This document shows positions 11,454 to 25,200 of a stretch of DNA of 64,000 nt, piece by piece (the first letter of the stretch is position 1; each line of letters starts with the position of its first letter). The stretch is from assembly GCA_030390025.1 (NCBI GenBank), contig CM059431.1:132558001-132622000 (forward strand), in the 5' to 3' direction. A program made the translations under genes and the position numbers. The DNA comes from Squalus acanthias. Lineage: Eukaryota. The notes under the pieces are model-generated. The model was not told the origin of the DNA. It saw only the letters and a list, made by a program, of their open reading frames with translations, and searched no databases.

Positions 11454-11660
11454 AGGGAATGGAGTCAGTGCTGAGGGTTTTTGGCAGAAGTCATAAACTC
11501 TTTGGTCTTCCCAATGTTTAGCAAGAGGAAATTTCAGCTCATCCAAGATTTTACAAGCAGTCTGACAGTGCGGAGGCAGTGGGGGTTTGAGAGTTGTGGT
11601 GGGGAGGTAGAGCTGGGTGTCATCAGTATACATGTGGAAGCTGATCCCATGCCTGAAAAT
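11454..11660 (-). mobile_element. L2 LINE RT fragment
   Basis: Translates FHMYTDDTQLY, the YADD region typical of L2. Confidence 0.75.
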
Positions 11661-12718
11661 ATGATGTTAAATTGATTAAAAAAATTATTACAAACCAGTA
11701 AGTGAAGTTTTAGGATATAAATAACCCCTTTTTATTTTTCTGTGCAACAAAACTAACAAATGTGAATTGAATGGTTAACAGCAGTTCTGGCAGAATAAGT
11801 GACTGGTGTATCAAGATATAAAATGCTGCCAAGAAACATTTTGCTTTTTCCATCTGTTTAAAATAGTTGATTTTAGAGATGAATAATTAAAAATAGGCAT
11901 CCTTTACCCACGTCTGAAGCAGCTGTTAGGTACTTTGCATATGTAAATAAGGGGCCTAATGCCTGTTTGAGGCCCCCTCTGAAAGACTGGTTTGCCCTGA
12001 GGCAGCCAGTGTAGGCTGCACTCAGGGAAACCAAACATTGGGATTGTCTGCGACCTACAACTTAAGTTTTTTATATTTACTTAACTAAATGTGGTGCCGG
12101 GAGGAGCAGAAGTGCTCTCTACAACCCCACGTTGAACTCCCACTCCCACTTGCCGCCGTTCCTAACCCCCGATTATCCCGCCCAAACGCCACTGCTCCCG
12201 ACCCCTGATCCTCCCTGTAGGCCACCTCTACCAACCCCCAATCAGCCCCCATGATTCCCGGACTCCCCCCCACAATCCCTGGGCCGACCCCAAGCCCCAA
12301 TATCCGGCCCAACCTGACCCGCCCTCTAGACCCAGCCTTGACCCCCGGCCTGACCCCAGACCCTATCATGCTAAACCTTAGCATGAATGAAATAAAGTCC
12401 GAGGGTGCCCATATTTCTGATGTTATGTTCACCAAGAAAGCATGGTTCAATGACAACAGAGAGATGTTGCAGACTTTGCATACACACTAAAATAAAATAA
12501 ATGATCTATCAAATAAAGTCTTCCTTGTTGAAATTGAGTGCCACTCCATTTAAGCTGCAGCACATCACGTGATGTCTGCACATGTTGGTGCATTGCACCA
12601 TTGAAGGCTATGGTCTATCTGATATCTACAACCTATAAAAGGCTGGACCTCTCTGCTGCTGCTGGTGCAGTCACTTTAGTATTCATCCTAATTGCAGGTA
12701 CAGAGGTCCAAAGTTTTA

Positions 12719-13214
12719 GGCTGCAAATTTAAATCTGGAGGCGGGATGGGGGCAGGTCAGCTGGTTTCCGGGTTCCGGTCCCGCTCCCAGCTGCCTCCGC
12801 TCTGCAGACGTGATTTTACCTTGATTGGCCTTGTTAAGCCTGCCCTTACTGGCCAATTAACAGGAAGCGGGTCTGATGACATCATTTGATGACGCGTTGT
12901 CTGCCGGTTTCCTTAAAGGGCCCACGGCCACATTGGGCTGGATTTTGTCTTGGGGTCGGGTTGGGGTCATGTCATCCGCATTTCGTGTTCCCCCCCGACT
13001 CCAGATTAATGTGGATGAATGATGCAATTTTCACTTAATTGGGCAATTGAGTTCCAGCATGTGGGAACCCATGAACTAATAAGTGGTTTCAGTCTGAAAG
13101 TCGCCTCTGATGATGTCATCATTGTTGACTGCCTGGTCTCAGAGACTGTCTGGCTGTTGGTGAGAGAGGACCTGCCTGGCTTGCTTTTGATGTGAGTGGA
13201 CCTGGATGTATGTA

Positions 13215-13248
<34 letters not shown>

Positions 13249-14580
13249 TTTTTTGCATCCATCAGAGGCGACTTTCACACCTAATACTACTACTACCTTC
13301 ATCACATCTCCGTTGTAATAGTGGACCTGCAGCTAATAGTCAGCTATCCACTTGTGCTCCCGCCAGGTTTCACTGGAGTGTTTCACACCAGGCGTACTTC
13401 ACGTCGGAAAAGGGTTAAACTAGCTAAAACGTTTCAAAATGGCATTACAGAGCCAATTTAGGGCTTGTTAAGGGCTTTAATGGACTCTCCCGCCTCTTGG
13501 AGGCGGGACGGAGTCGGGAACCCCGCGACTGATTTTGTCAAAATTGCGTGGAGGCGGGATGGAGTCGGGATGGGGTCGGGACCCCCGACCCCGCAAATTT
13601 AACCCCCCACACGCCTCCAAACCCGACTCCACGGGTCATTCAAAATCCAGCCCATTGAGTTTGACAGTTGTTCTGTCAGTGTTTGACGGCATTGAGGTGC
13701 TGCAAACACTGACAATCACTGCATAAAGGTGAACACTTGCATCCAGGCTCTCCAATGCTTATGGAGGGAGTCACAGCATGCAGGGAGGTTCTCTTCCCTT
13801 CCAAGGGCAGAAGAGACCTCCCCAGGACACCAACTTACCTTGCACCTCCACCCAACCCTCTCTATCTACTTTATCACTTTCCCATCTAACTAGCTACCCC
13901 TCACACTCACCCTCAGCCTACTGCAAGCATACCAACTAACAACACACAAGGATAGGCACTTGAAAGGTTTAGTCAATGTCCAGGTGAAGTTTCTGGTAAT
14001 GTGTTGTCATACAGTGAAATCTATTTTTCCAAAAGTGCCCCTTATGGGACAGATCTGAGCACACATTTAGAAGTGTCTTACTGAGTTCCAGTGATTGTTC
14101 AGTCATAACTCCCCCCACCCACCCACCCCGCTATAGTGATGTGTGTGCATGGAATGGCTTGGACATTAAAGGGATGCTTCACGGTGCTGGTGTGGGATGG
14201 TGTCAACCTGGCGCATCATGTGGCAGCCAGGGTTTACAGCATCAAGTGAAGAAAATCTGGCCATGGTGATGCCATCACTGGCCTCCCGGGCAGCAATGTT
14301 GTCAGGGGCTGATGTCCTGTGTCCTGTGCAGCATCAGGTGATGGCGGAGAAGGTTGGTGATGTTGTTGGTGATGTTGGTGTGCCTGGTGATGTTAGTGTT
14401 GGGACTGATCGTGGAAGGATTTGGAGGACCAAGGTCTGATTGTTTCATTGGCTCCGATGTTGCTACAATAGATGGCAGCTGCAGGTGAGATGACAGAAGC
14501 GATCTGTCAATGGTGAGAGGTTCTCCCAATGAGGTGGCACTGGACATACAGTTGGATCTAAAAACTTGTAAGCTAAAGAA
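12719..14580 (+). mobile_element. Decayed Harbinger-related element with a Myb/SANT-gene remnant (~13740-13830)
   Basis: TIR-like start GGCTGCAAATTT. The remnant MEGVTACREVLFPSKG matches the Myb/SANT exon 1 of the other Harbingers in this window. Boundaries are approximate. Confidence 0.5.
12935..13653. mobile_element. PIF/Harbinger-type MITE nested in the preceding element
   Basis: 13-bp TIR GGGCTGGATTTTG; 3-bp TSD ATT; contains a (GA)n tract at ~13218-13245. Confidence 0.85.
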
Positions 14581-14588
14581 ATCTCTAT

Positions 14589-15215
14589 GGGGGAAAAATT
14601 GGGTCGCGGCGCTAACTTCACCAAATTAGCGCCCCCGCGCCCGAAATTCACTGGCAGCGCCCCAAGAGGGAGGTGGGGTGCTACTGGAAGCGCCCCGCCT
14701 ACCTCTTGGGGTGCTGCGAGTGAATATCACGTCGCGCCACGGTACTGCAGGCCTTCCTAGCGCAGCGCGACCCGGGGCCCAGCTGGGCCACCAGGGATCG
14801 GAGTGCCGGCAAAAGAGCCTGGCACTCAAGAGAAGTGCCGGGCTCATGGAGTGCAATCAGCACCCCGTGGGGGCACTACACAGGAGGCCGGGGACAGAAA
14901 TGGGGGCAGGTGCTGGCAGGCGGCCAGCAACGAAAATGGCCGCCCAGCAGCTCCCCTTTGATTTGCGCCGCCCTGGCCGCAGGTAGGACCCCCTGACACT
15001 GTCGGACATATCGTCCGGCGGTAATCAGGGGGCACTACCAAACATTGCAGCCGGGGCGCGAGCGGAGCTCTGTGCACGGAGATAACGTAATCGCCGAAGG
15101 TGCAGTGCTGTGGGGCGCTAACGATTATCGCCGCCGCTAACCTCCCGCAGAATTCCGCAGGAGGCGTGGGCGGTGCCGCGCCCAGGCGCTAGTTGCTTTG
15201 CACCATGTTAGCGCC
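14589..15215. mobile_element. CpG-rich MITE-like left portion, truncated at the LINE
   Basis: GGGGAAAAATTGGG terminus-like start, repeated GGCGCTAA/TTAGCGCC motifs, high CpG content. No right end found. Confidence 0.45.
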
Positions 15216-15219
15216 CTCT

Positions 15220-18115
15220 TAGGCTACGGACATGGCAATGGCACACCCAGCCCAGTCGACCCTGCAAAGTCCTCCTCACCAACATCTGGGGACTTGTGCC
15301 AAAATTGGGAGAGCTGTCCCACAGACTAGTCAAGCAACAGCCTGACATAGTCAATCTCACAGAATCATACCTTTCAGCCAATGTCCCAAACTCCTCCATC
15401 ACCATCCCTGGGTATGTCCTGTCCCACTGGCAGCACAGACCCAGCAGGGGTGGCGGCACAGTGGTATACAGTCAGGAAGGAGTGGTCCTGGGACTTCTCA
15501 ACATTGACTCCGGACCAAATGAAGTCTCATGGTTTCAGGTCAAGCATGGGCAAGGAAACCTCCTGCTGATTACCACTTACCGCCCTCCCTCAGCTGATAA
15601 ATCAGTACTTCTCCATGTTGAACACCACTTGGAAGAAGCACTGAGAGTAGCAAGGGCACAGAATGTACTCTGGGTGGGGGACTTCAATGTCCATCACCAA
15701 GAGTGGCTCGGTAGCACCACTACTAACCGAGCTGGCCGAGTCTGGGCCTGCGACAGGTGGAGAGAGAACCAACACGAGGGAAAAACCTACTTGACCTCGT
15801 CCTCACCAATCTACCTGTCGCAGATGCATCTGTCCATGACAGCATTGGTAGCAGTGACCACCGCACAGTCATTGTGGAGACGAAGTCCTGTCTTCACACT
15901 GAGGATACCCTCCATCGTGTTGTGTGGCACTACCACCGTGCTAAATGGGATGGATTCAGAATAGATCTTGCAGCTGAAAACTGGGCATCCATGAGGCGCT
16001 GTGGGCCATCAGCAGCAGCAGAATTGTATTCCACCACAATCTGTAACCTCATGGCCTGGCATATTCCTCACTCAAGCCATTACCATCAAGCCTGGGGACC
16101 AACCCTGGTTCAATGAGAAGTGCAGAAGAGCATGCCAGGAGCAGCACCAGGCGTACCTAAAAATAAGGTGGCAACCTGGGGAAGCTGCAACAGAGGACTA
16201 CATGCATGCTAAAAAGCGGAAGCAGCATGCTATAGACTGAGCTCAGCGATCCCACAATCAACGGATCAGATCAAAGCTCTGCAGTCCTGCCACATCCAGT
16301 CATGAATGGTGGTGGACCATTAAACAACTAATGGGAGAGGATGCTCCATGAATATCCCCACCCTCAGTGATGGTGGAGCCCAGCATGTGAGTGCAAAAGA
16401 TAAGGCTGAAGCGTTTGCAACCACCTTCAGCCAGAAGTGCCGAGTGGATGATCCATATCGGCCCACTCCTGAGGTCCACAACAGCACAGAAGCCAGTCTT
16501 CAGCCAATTCGATTCACTCCACGTGACATCAAAAAACAGCTGAGCGCACTGGATACAGCAAAGGCTATGGGCCCCGACAGCATCCCGGCTATCATGCTGA
16601 AGACTTGTGCTCCAGAACTAGCCGCGCCTCTAGCCAAGCTGTTCCATTACAGCGACAACACTGGCATTTATCCGACAATGTGGAAAGCTGCACAGGTATG
16701 TTCTGTCCACAAAAAGCAGGACAAATCCAATCCGGCCAATTACCGCCCTATCAGTCTACTCTCAATCATCAGCAAAGTGATGGAAGTTGTCATCGACAGT
16801 GCTATGAAGCAGCACTTACTCACCAATAACTTGCTCACTGATGCTCAGTTTGGGTTCCACCAAGACCACTCGGCTCCCAACCTCTTTACAGCCTTGGTCC
16901 AAACATGGACAAAGGAGCTGAATTAGAGGTGAGGTGAGAGTGACTGCCATAGATATCAAGGCAGCATTTGACCAAGTGTGGCATCAAGGAGCCCTAGTAA
17001 AACTGAAGTCAATGGGAATCGGGGGAAAAACTTTCCACTGGCTAGAGTCATACCTAGCACAAAGGAAGATGGTTGTGGTGGTTGAAGGTCAATCATCACA
17101 GCCCCAGGACATCGCTGCAGGAGTTCCTCAGTGCAGTGTCATAAGCCCAACCATCTTCAGCTGCTTCATCAATGGTGTTCCCTCCAACATAAGGTCAGAA
17201 ATGGGGATGTTCACTGATGACTGTACAGTGTTCAGTGCCATTCACAACTCCTCAGATAATGAAGCAATCCATGCCCGCATGCAACAAGACCTGGACGACG
17301 TTCAGGCTTGGGCTAATAAGTGGCAGGTAACATTCGCGCCACAGAAGTGCCAGGCAATGACTATCTCCAACAAGCGAGAGTCTAACCACCGCCCCTTGAC
17401 ATTCAACGGCATTACCATCGCCGAATCCCCCACCATCAACATTCTGGGGGGTCACCATTGACCAGAAACTTAACTGGACCAGCCACATAAATACGGTGGC
17501 AACAAGAGCAGGTCAGAAGCTAGGTATTCTGCGGCGAGTGTCTCACCTCCTGACTCCACAAAGCCTTTCCACCATCTACAAGGCACAAGTAAGGAGTGTG
17601 ATGGAATACTCTCCACTTGCCTGGATGAGTGCAGCTCCAACAAGACTCAAGAAGCTCGACACCATCCAGGACAAAGCAGTCTGCTTGATTGGCACCCCAT
17701 CAACCACCTTAAACATTCACTCCCTCCACCACCGGCCTACCGTGGCTGCCATGTGTACCATCTACAAGATGCACTGCAGCAACTCGCCAAGGCTTCTTCG
17801 GCAGCACCTCCCAAACCCACAACCTCTTCCATCTAGAAGGACAAGGGCAGCAGGCACATGGGAACACCACCACCTCCAAGTTCCCCTCCAAGTCACACAC
17901 CATCCTGACTTAGAAGTATATCGCCGATCCTTCATCGTCGCTGGGTCAAAATTCTGGAACTCCCTACCTAACAGCACTGTGGGAGTACCTTCACCACATG
18001 GATTGCAGCGGTTCAAGAAGGCGGCTCACCACCACCTTCTTAAGGGCAATTAGGGATGGGCAATAAATGCTGGCCTTGCCAGCGACGCCCACACCCCATA
18101 AAACGAATTTTAAAA
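15220..18115 (+). mobile_element. CR1-group LINE with a near-complete EN-RT ORF carrying frameshifts and stops
   Basis: Motifs TNIWGLVPKL, LTESYL, WVGDFN, SSDH, NYRPISLL, GVPQ, FTDD. 3' tail GGGCAATAAATGCTGGCCTTGCCAGCGACGCCCAC followed by an A-rich end. Confidence 0.9.
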
Positions 18116-18459
18116 ATATGGAAATAAATACTGTTGACTCTCTTTGTCAACATTCAGCTGAGCATAAGCATGCGACAGGTCAAGCTTGGAGTAAACCTTT
18201 GACCCAGAGAGTGCTGCATACAAATCTTACAATGTAGGTAACGGGTACTGCTCATCGTCAACTGCTTGGTTTATCGTAACTTTGTAATCATCACACAAGC
18301 GTACAGTTTTGTCTGCTTTGGGCACTACTGCAATCGGGGTAGACCATTCACTTTTGTCAGTTTTTACTAGCACTGCGTTCTCTCAGCTTCGCTAGCTCTT
18401 CCTCCACCTGACTTTTCAACGCAATAGGGACTGGCCTTGCCTTACAATAGACAGGCTTT

Positions 18460-18918
18460 ACATAGAAACATAGAAACATAGAATCTAGGAGCAGGAATAG
18501 GCCATTCGGCCCATCGAGCCTGCACCACCATTCAATACGATCATGGCTGATCATTCAAATCCAGTACCCTGTCCCTGCTTTAATCCCCACAGTGCACATA
18601 TCCCACCCTACCCCCGTAACCCCACGTATTTAATTCCCCCTAACATATCCCATCCTATCCCCATAACCCCACATATTTAATCCCCCCCTAACACGTGGGG
18701 TTACGGGGGTAGGGTGGGATATGTGTACTGTGGGGATTAAAGCAGGGACAGGGTACTGGATTTGGATGATCAGCCATGATCGTATTAAATGGCGGAGCAG
18801 GCTCGACGGGCCGAATGGCCTACTCCTGCTCCTAGATTCTATGTTTCTATGTTTCTATGTAACACTAAGGGTCAATTTATCATAGCCAAATCAACCTAAC
18901 CCGCACATTTTTGGATTG
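18460..18918 (-). mobile_element. 5'-truncated HE1/V-SINE-like element containing a second, opposite-orientation copy (18695-18859)
   Basis: Matches the 3' half of the full SINE at 58522-58832, with (TTTCTATG)n tails. The inner copy is flanked by TSD TAACAC. Confidence 0.8.
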
Positions 18919-19888
18919 GACTTTGCGTTGGACTTGATGCGAATATGCGCATCATACCCAGTGGTGCCCTCATAACTGTCTGAGAACATGCTTTTATACT
19001 TGTTCAGCATTGTGTCGAGTTGCTTCTTTGAAGACGTTTTTCCAGTCTAGTTTTAACTTTCCCAACCAGTCTTTGCCCATGAGAGTTGGTCTGTGATTGT
19101 AGCTTGCTACAATAATAGGCAGCTTTACTGACTGGCCATTGTGTTGAACTGTACATTCCATTTGTCCACATGTCTCTAGGATTTCTCCAGAGTAGGTTTT
19201 TAACTCTACAGTACTCTTCGTAAGTATTTGATTAAACTTACTGTGTCCTTACTCATGAAAGAGCAGTCTGCCGCCGTGTTGATACACATATCAATATATT
19301 GCTCGTTGATCAAAAGTTTTCTACAGAAGTCTTTCTCACGCCTGCTGGTGTTGCCACTAGTGGCATAGATACTGTAGGTGCCTAGTTCTTCAACTTCAGG
19401 TGTGTTCACTTCAATATTGTGAATTCCTCCCTTTTGTTGTCGCTGCTTTGCATTGCCTCTAGTATGCTTTCGATCTAGCTCTGCAAGCTGTTGAAGTATG
19501 GCCTTGCTTCTGGCAGTGAAAACACTTGACATTTCTGTTTTGGCAGGTCTGTGGTGAGTGATTTCCATTGCAGCGATAACAATTCACTGAACTGCTCTCA
19601 CCGACATGTTTTTGACCCGGTCTCACAGCTTTAGGTTTGGCGGTGGCTTTGTGACTGTAGACCTCAGCTGTACTAGTCACTTGAGTTGGACGGAGCTCCC
19701 TAGCATTCTTAGATGCCATCTCCATAGATAGGGCAATTTTGCATGCTATGCTATGTCAAACATTAGGTTCGGAGTATTCAGTAACTTGGACTGTGTGCGC
19801 TCATCCACAAGTCCACACACAAACTTATCTCGTAATGCACGATCCAAAAATGTGCCGAAGTTACAATGCAAAGACAGGTTCTTAAGAG

Positions 19889-19965
19889 TTGAAATGTTAA
19901 CTCTGTTTCTCTCTCCACAGATGCTGCCTGACCTGCTGAGTATTTCCAGCATTTTCTGTTTTTAT
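19889..19965 (+). mobile_element. Short Penelope-type 3' fragment inserted in Gypsy gag
   Basis: TSD TTCTTAAGAG (19879-19888 and 19966-19975). Sequence is shared with 53749-53812. Confidence 0.7.
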
Positions 19966-21779
19966 TTCTTAAGAGCTACAATATACTCATTGATGGCATC
20001 ACTTTGTTTTTGGTTTCTGGTACCAAACCTATAGCTCTCTGCTATTTCTAATGGCTTTTGGTCGAAATGGTCTTTGAGTTTCTCGACAATGCCTTCAAAC
20101 GACTCATCCTTCGCTTTCCCTGGCGCGAGTAGGTTTGTCAACGTTCCGTAGACATCTGGCCCGATCTCCATTAAAAAAAATCACTTTTTTCCATTCACGA
20201 ATTATTTTATTTTGAGCTTGAACATTCTCATCTGCACCTTCGGTCTCAATAATGTTACTGGCCTGAAAAAACATCTCCATCCGCTCAATGTAAGAACTGA
20301 ATGGTTCGCGAGCTCGGTCATACATGCCGAGGTTTCCGATGAATCCCGTAGGCGCGGCCATGATTGCCCTGATCCCGTCGAACAGTGACTCAGCATGTTA
20401 CCTGTGTACCTGTGAGAATCAACGCCGCTGTTGCTGTGTATACATACACACGAAGGCGAAGCACAGACGATTCTACATAAGCATTAATGGTACAACATCG
20501 CAAAAATTCAGTTTAGGTGTCACAAATTCACCTTAAACTTGTCCACTCGAAGGTTGAACACTGTGTCCTTCCATGATCCCTAAAAATGGCTTTGGGATCC
20601 CATTTTCATCGCCAAAATGTAATATATGTGGATAGAACAAATGAAGGTCAGAGACAGGATGAGTTGCTAGCCCATGTGCTTGCTTTATTAGGCCAGAGCG
20701 AGCTGAGCATGCTCACACTAAACCACGTGACAAACCATATGATAATATATTACACTTACAAATTGCTGAGGATATTTGTAACTTGTTTAAATTTCAGATT
20801 CCAGATCAAAGTCTGGATTTCTTTTTTTTTAATATTGGTTTGCATCTGTGTGACGTAGTGCTAGATGCAAGATTTTTGTAACTGTACTAGCAGATCTCCA
20901 GTGATGTGGGAAAATGTTACAGGAGGCAAGTGTGACCCTTACAGGAAGTGCATGCCGAATAAGCATCATGTGAATTCTCCATGTTCCATTGGTTTACATT
21001 AGGGTTGGAGGCATTCCTGGAGATCTGATCACATGACGTTCTGACCATGTGATGTCTAATCACGTGACAGCTGTAAATGTTATTGCATTTACCTGATAAA
21101 GGTTGCTTTGCTCCTGGTTTGGTGCTAGCAGCTGTTGTGTGAGAAGATCTGAGAAACAGGAGGTTGTCTGGGGGCAGGTGAAGAAGGGAAACTAAGGGCG
21201 GGGAAGAGGGGAACCGAAGGTGGGGGAGCCAGAGGTGGGAGGAACTTTGATTCCACCAGTAACTAATAGTAACTCACTGTAATTGCTCTGATAACTGATT
21301 ATAATACTGGTAATACTCAGATTCTCCTCACAACCAACAGTAATAAAAAAACTCACTAATAGTCTATATGTAACTGGTGCAATGTCCCGATATCCTACCT
21401 GTAACTTGTAGTAATCCGATAACCCACTGCTTTTCACTTTGAATCCCCGACACTACACAAGGTGAGGTCAGGCTTACAAGTTGATACCACTTTTAATAGG
21501 CCCCATTTCTCACCCTATTTCCTCGGACTCTAGTTCCGTGTGAAGGTGACAACTCTGAACTGGGAACCTCAGTCAGAGCTGATCTGCGCTTGGACTTCAT
21601 ACACCAAAACCGGCCGGTACAGACTGACCTGAACCAAACCGAGAGATTGCACAAAGGGCAGCGGGCTCGGTGTTTGGGGCACTTCACACAGGGCACATCA
21701 CCCTAAACTCAGCTGAACACCAAGATTTTGAAACCACGACATGGTTCAGACTCTATAATGGGAGGGTTCATTGAATTAT

Positions 21780-22110
21780 AAAAATTTCAACACAGGAGGA
21801 GGCCATTCGGCCCCCGATGCAATGCCTCCCCTGTAGCCCCATTCCCATCAGATTCTTTTATATTCCTCCTTTCCAAATATTTATTTCATTCTCTCTTCAA
21901 TGATGTTCTCGTCTCTACCTCAATAGACAAATAGACACTTATGGTGAAGCATCCAATGGTCTAATAGCCCTCTGTTCAAGAACTTTCACTCTTCCTTCCT
22001 CCTTCGTTCTTCCAGTGAGAATTCTCAACCTTCTTCACCTTGTTCCCCATTTGACAACCAGTGGAAACAATCTTTCACTGTTTACCCACAGTAAAGTCCC
22101 CAGGTTTCAC
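21780..22110 (-). mobile_element. Old CR1 3' fragment
   Basis: CACAGGAGGAGGCCATTCGGCCC tail motif and a CCAGTGGAAACA segment, also seen in other CR1 3' ends here. Confidence 0.55.
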
Positions 22111-22259
22111 TCACTTTACTGGCTGCACTTCTCACGTCACTGCTCCAACTAAGCACGTTCCTGCTGCTGCTCCCAGCTGTGTAGAAAATGCTCATCCCCA
22201 CCCCACCACATTCCCCTGGCTCTTCTCACTCTCTCCTCCCTCCAGCTTGAGTTCCAATC

Positions 22260-25200
22260 CCCCGACCCCCATTCCCCAGTCTCCCTCACCCTGACCCCCA
22301 TTCCCCAGTCTCCCTCACCCCATCCCCCATTCCCCAGTCTCCCTCACCCCTGACCCCCATTCCCCAGTCTCCCTCACCCCGACACCCATTCCCCAGTCTC
22401 CCTCACCCTGACCCCCATTCCCCAGTCTCCCTCACCCCATCCCCCATTCCCCAGTCTCCCGCACCCTGACCCCCATTCCCCAGTCTCCTTCACCCTGACC
22501 CCCATTCCCCAGTCTCCCTCACCCCATCCCCCATTCCCCAGTCTCCCGCACCCTGACCCCCATTCCCCAGTCTCCCTCACCCTGACCCCCATTCCCCAGT
22601 CTCCCTCACCCCGACACCCATTCCCCAGTCTCCCTCACCCTGAGCCCCATTCCCCAGGCTCCCTCACCCTGACCCCCATTCCCCAGTCTCCCTCACCCTG
22701 ACCCCCATTCCCTAGTCTCCCTCACCCCATCCCCCATTCCCCAGTCTCCCTCACCCCGACCCCCATTCCCCAGTCTCCCTCACCCTCGACCCCCATTCCC
22801 CAGTCTCCCTCACCCTGACCCCCATTCCCCAGTCTCCCTCACCCTCGACCCCCATTCCCCAGTCTCCCTCACCCCATCCCCCATTCCCCAGTCTCCCTCA
22901 CCCTCGACCCCCCATTCCCCAGTCTCCCTCACCCTGACCCCTATTCCCCAGTCTCCCTCACCCCTGACCCCCATTCCCCTAGTCTCCCTCACCCCATCCC
23001 CCATTCCCCAGTCTCCCTCACCCTCGACCCCCTTTCCACAGTCTCTCTCACCCTCGACCCCCATCCCCCAGTCTCCCTCACCCTCGACCCCCATCCCCAG
23101 TCTCCCTCACCACGACCCCCATCCCCCAGTCTCCCTCACCACGACCCCCATTCCCCAGTCTCCCTCACCCGACCCCCATTCCCCAGTCTCCCTCACCCTG
23201 ACCCCCATTCCCCAGTCTCCCTCACCCTGACCCCCATTCCCCAGTCTCCCTCACCCCGACCCCCATTCCCCAGTCTCCCTCACCCCGACCCCCATTCCCC
23301 AGTCTCCCTCACCCTGACCCCCATTCCCCAGTCTCTCTCACCCCGACCCCCATTCCCCAGTCTCCCTCACCCTGACCCCCATTCCCCTAGTCTCCCTCAC
23401 CCCTGACCCCCATTCCCCAGTCTCCCTCACCCTCGACCCCCATTCCCCAGTCTCCCTCACCCTGACCCCCATTCCCCAGTCTCCCTCACCCTGACCCCCA
23501 TTCCCCAGTCTCCCTCACCCTGACCCCCATTCCCCAGTCTCCCTCACCCTGACCCCCATTCCCCAGTCTCCCTCACCCTGACCCCCATTCCCCAGTCTCC
23601 CTCACCCTGACCCCCATTCCCCAGTCTCCCTCACCCCTGACCCCCATTCCCCAGTCTCCCTCACCCTGACCCCCATTCCCCAGTCTCCCTCACCCCATCC
23701 CCCATTCCCCAGTCTCCCTCACCCTGACCCCCATTCCCCAGTCTCCCTCACCCTGACCCACATTCCCCAGTCTCCCTCACCCTGACCCCCATTCCCCAGT
23801 CTCCCTCACCCCGACCCCCATTCCCCAGTCTCCCTCACCCTGACCCCCATTCCCCAGTCTCTCTCACCCTGACCCCCATTCCCCAGTCTCTCTCACCCTA
23901 ACCCTCATTCCCCAGTCTCTCTCACCCCGACCCCCATTCCCCAGTCTCCCTCACCCCGACCCCCATTCCCCAGTCTCCCTCACCCTGACCCCCATTCCCC
24001 AGTCTCCCTCACCCTGACCCACATTCCCCAGTCTCCCTCACCCTGACCCCCATTCCCCAGTCTCCCTCACCCCGACCCCCATTCCCCAGTCTCCCTCACC
24101 CTGACCCCCATTCCCCAGTCTCTCTCACCCTGACCCCCATTCCCCAGTCTCTCTCACCCTGACCCTCATTCCCCAGTCTCTCTCACCCCGACCCCCATTC
24201 CCCAGTCTCCCTCACCCTGACCCCCATTCCCCAGTCTCCCTCACCCCTGACCCCCATTCCCCAGTCTCTCTCACCCTGACCCCCATTCCCCAGTCTCTCT
24301 CACCCTCGACCCCCTTTCCCCAGTCTCCCTCATCTCGACCCCCATTCGCCAGTCTCCCTCACCCCGACCCCCATTCCCCAGTCTCCCTCACCCCGACCCC
24401 CATTCCCCTGTATCCCTCACCCTGACCCCCATTCCCCAGTCTCCCTCACCCCGACCCCCATTCCCCAGTCTCCCTCACCCTGACCCCCATTCGCCAGTCT
24501 CCCTCATACCCGACCTACATTCCCCAGTCTCCCTCACCCCGACCCCCTTTCCCCAGTCTCCCTCAACCCTGACCCCATTCCCCAGTCTCCCTCACCCCGA
24601 CCCCCATTTCCCTGTATCCCTCACCCCGACCCCCATTCCCCTGTCTCCCTCACCCCGACCCATATTCCCCAGTCTCCCTCACCCCGACCCACATTCACCT
24701 GTATCCCTCACCCTAACCCCCATTCCACAGTCGCCCTCACCCTAACCCCCATTCCCCAGTCTCCCTCACCCCGACCCCCATTCCCCAGTCTCTATCACCC
24801 CGACCCCCATTCCCCTGTATCCCTCACCCTGACCCCCATTCCCCAGTCTCCCTCATCCCGACCTACATTCCCCAGTCTCCCTCACCCTGACCCCCATTCC
24901 CCAGTCTCCCTCACCCCGACCCCCATTCCCCAGTCTCCCTCACCCTGACCCCCATTCCCCAGTCTTCTGAGCCCCCAAACCGCATTCCCCAGTCTCCCTC
25001 ACCCCGACCCCCATTCCCCTGTATCCCTCACCCTGACCCACATTCCCATGTCTCCCTCACCCTGACCCCCATTCCCCAGTCTCCCTCACCCTGACCCCCA
25101 TTCCCCAGTCTCCCTCACCCTGACCCCCATTACCCAGTCTCCCTCACTCTGATCCTCATTCCCCAGTCTCCCTCACCCTGACCCCCATTCCCCAGTTTCT

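Larger units (their letters stand above)
18125..20754 (-). mobile_element. Decayed Ty3/Gypsy LTR retrotransposon (5' LTR, PBS, gag, protease, RT N-terminus)
   Basis: LTR 20618-20754 has terminal inverted TGTAATATAT...ATATATTACA. PBS-like TGGCGATGA follows it on the minus strand. gag has Cys/His knuckles (CYRCNGNH...C, CFHCQKQGH...C). Protease INTAADCS. RT start KARPVP...VEEEL and WSTPI...DYKVTINQ. Confidence 0.9.

Noticed and set aside
1..20000. DCT exons expected from human synteny
   Set aside because: No tyrosinase-family coding sequence recognised in this window.
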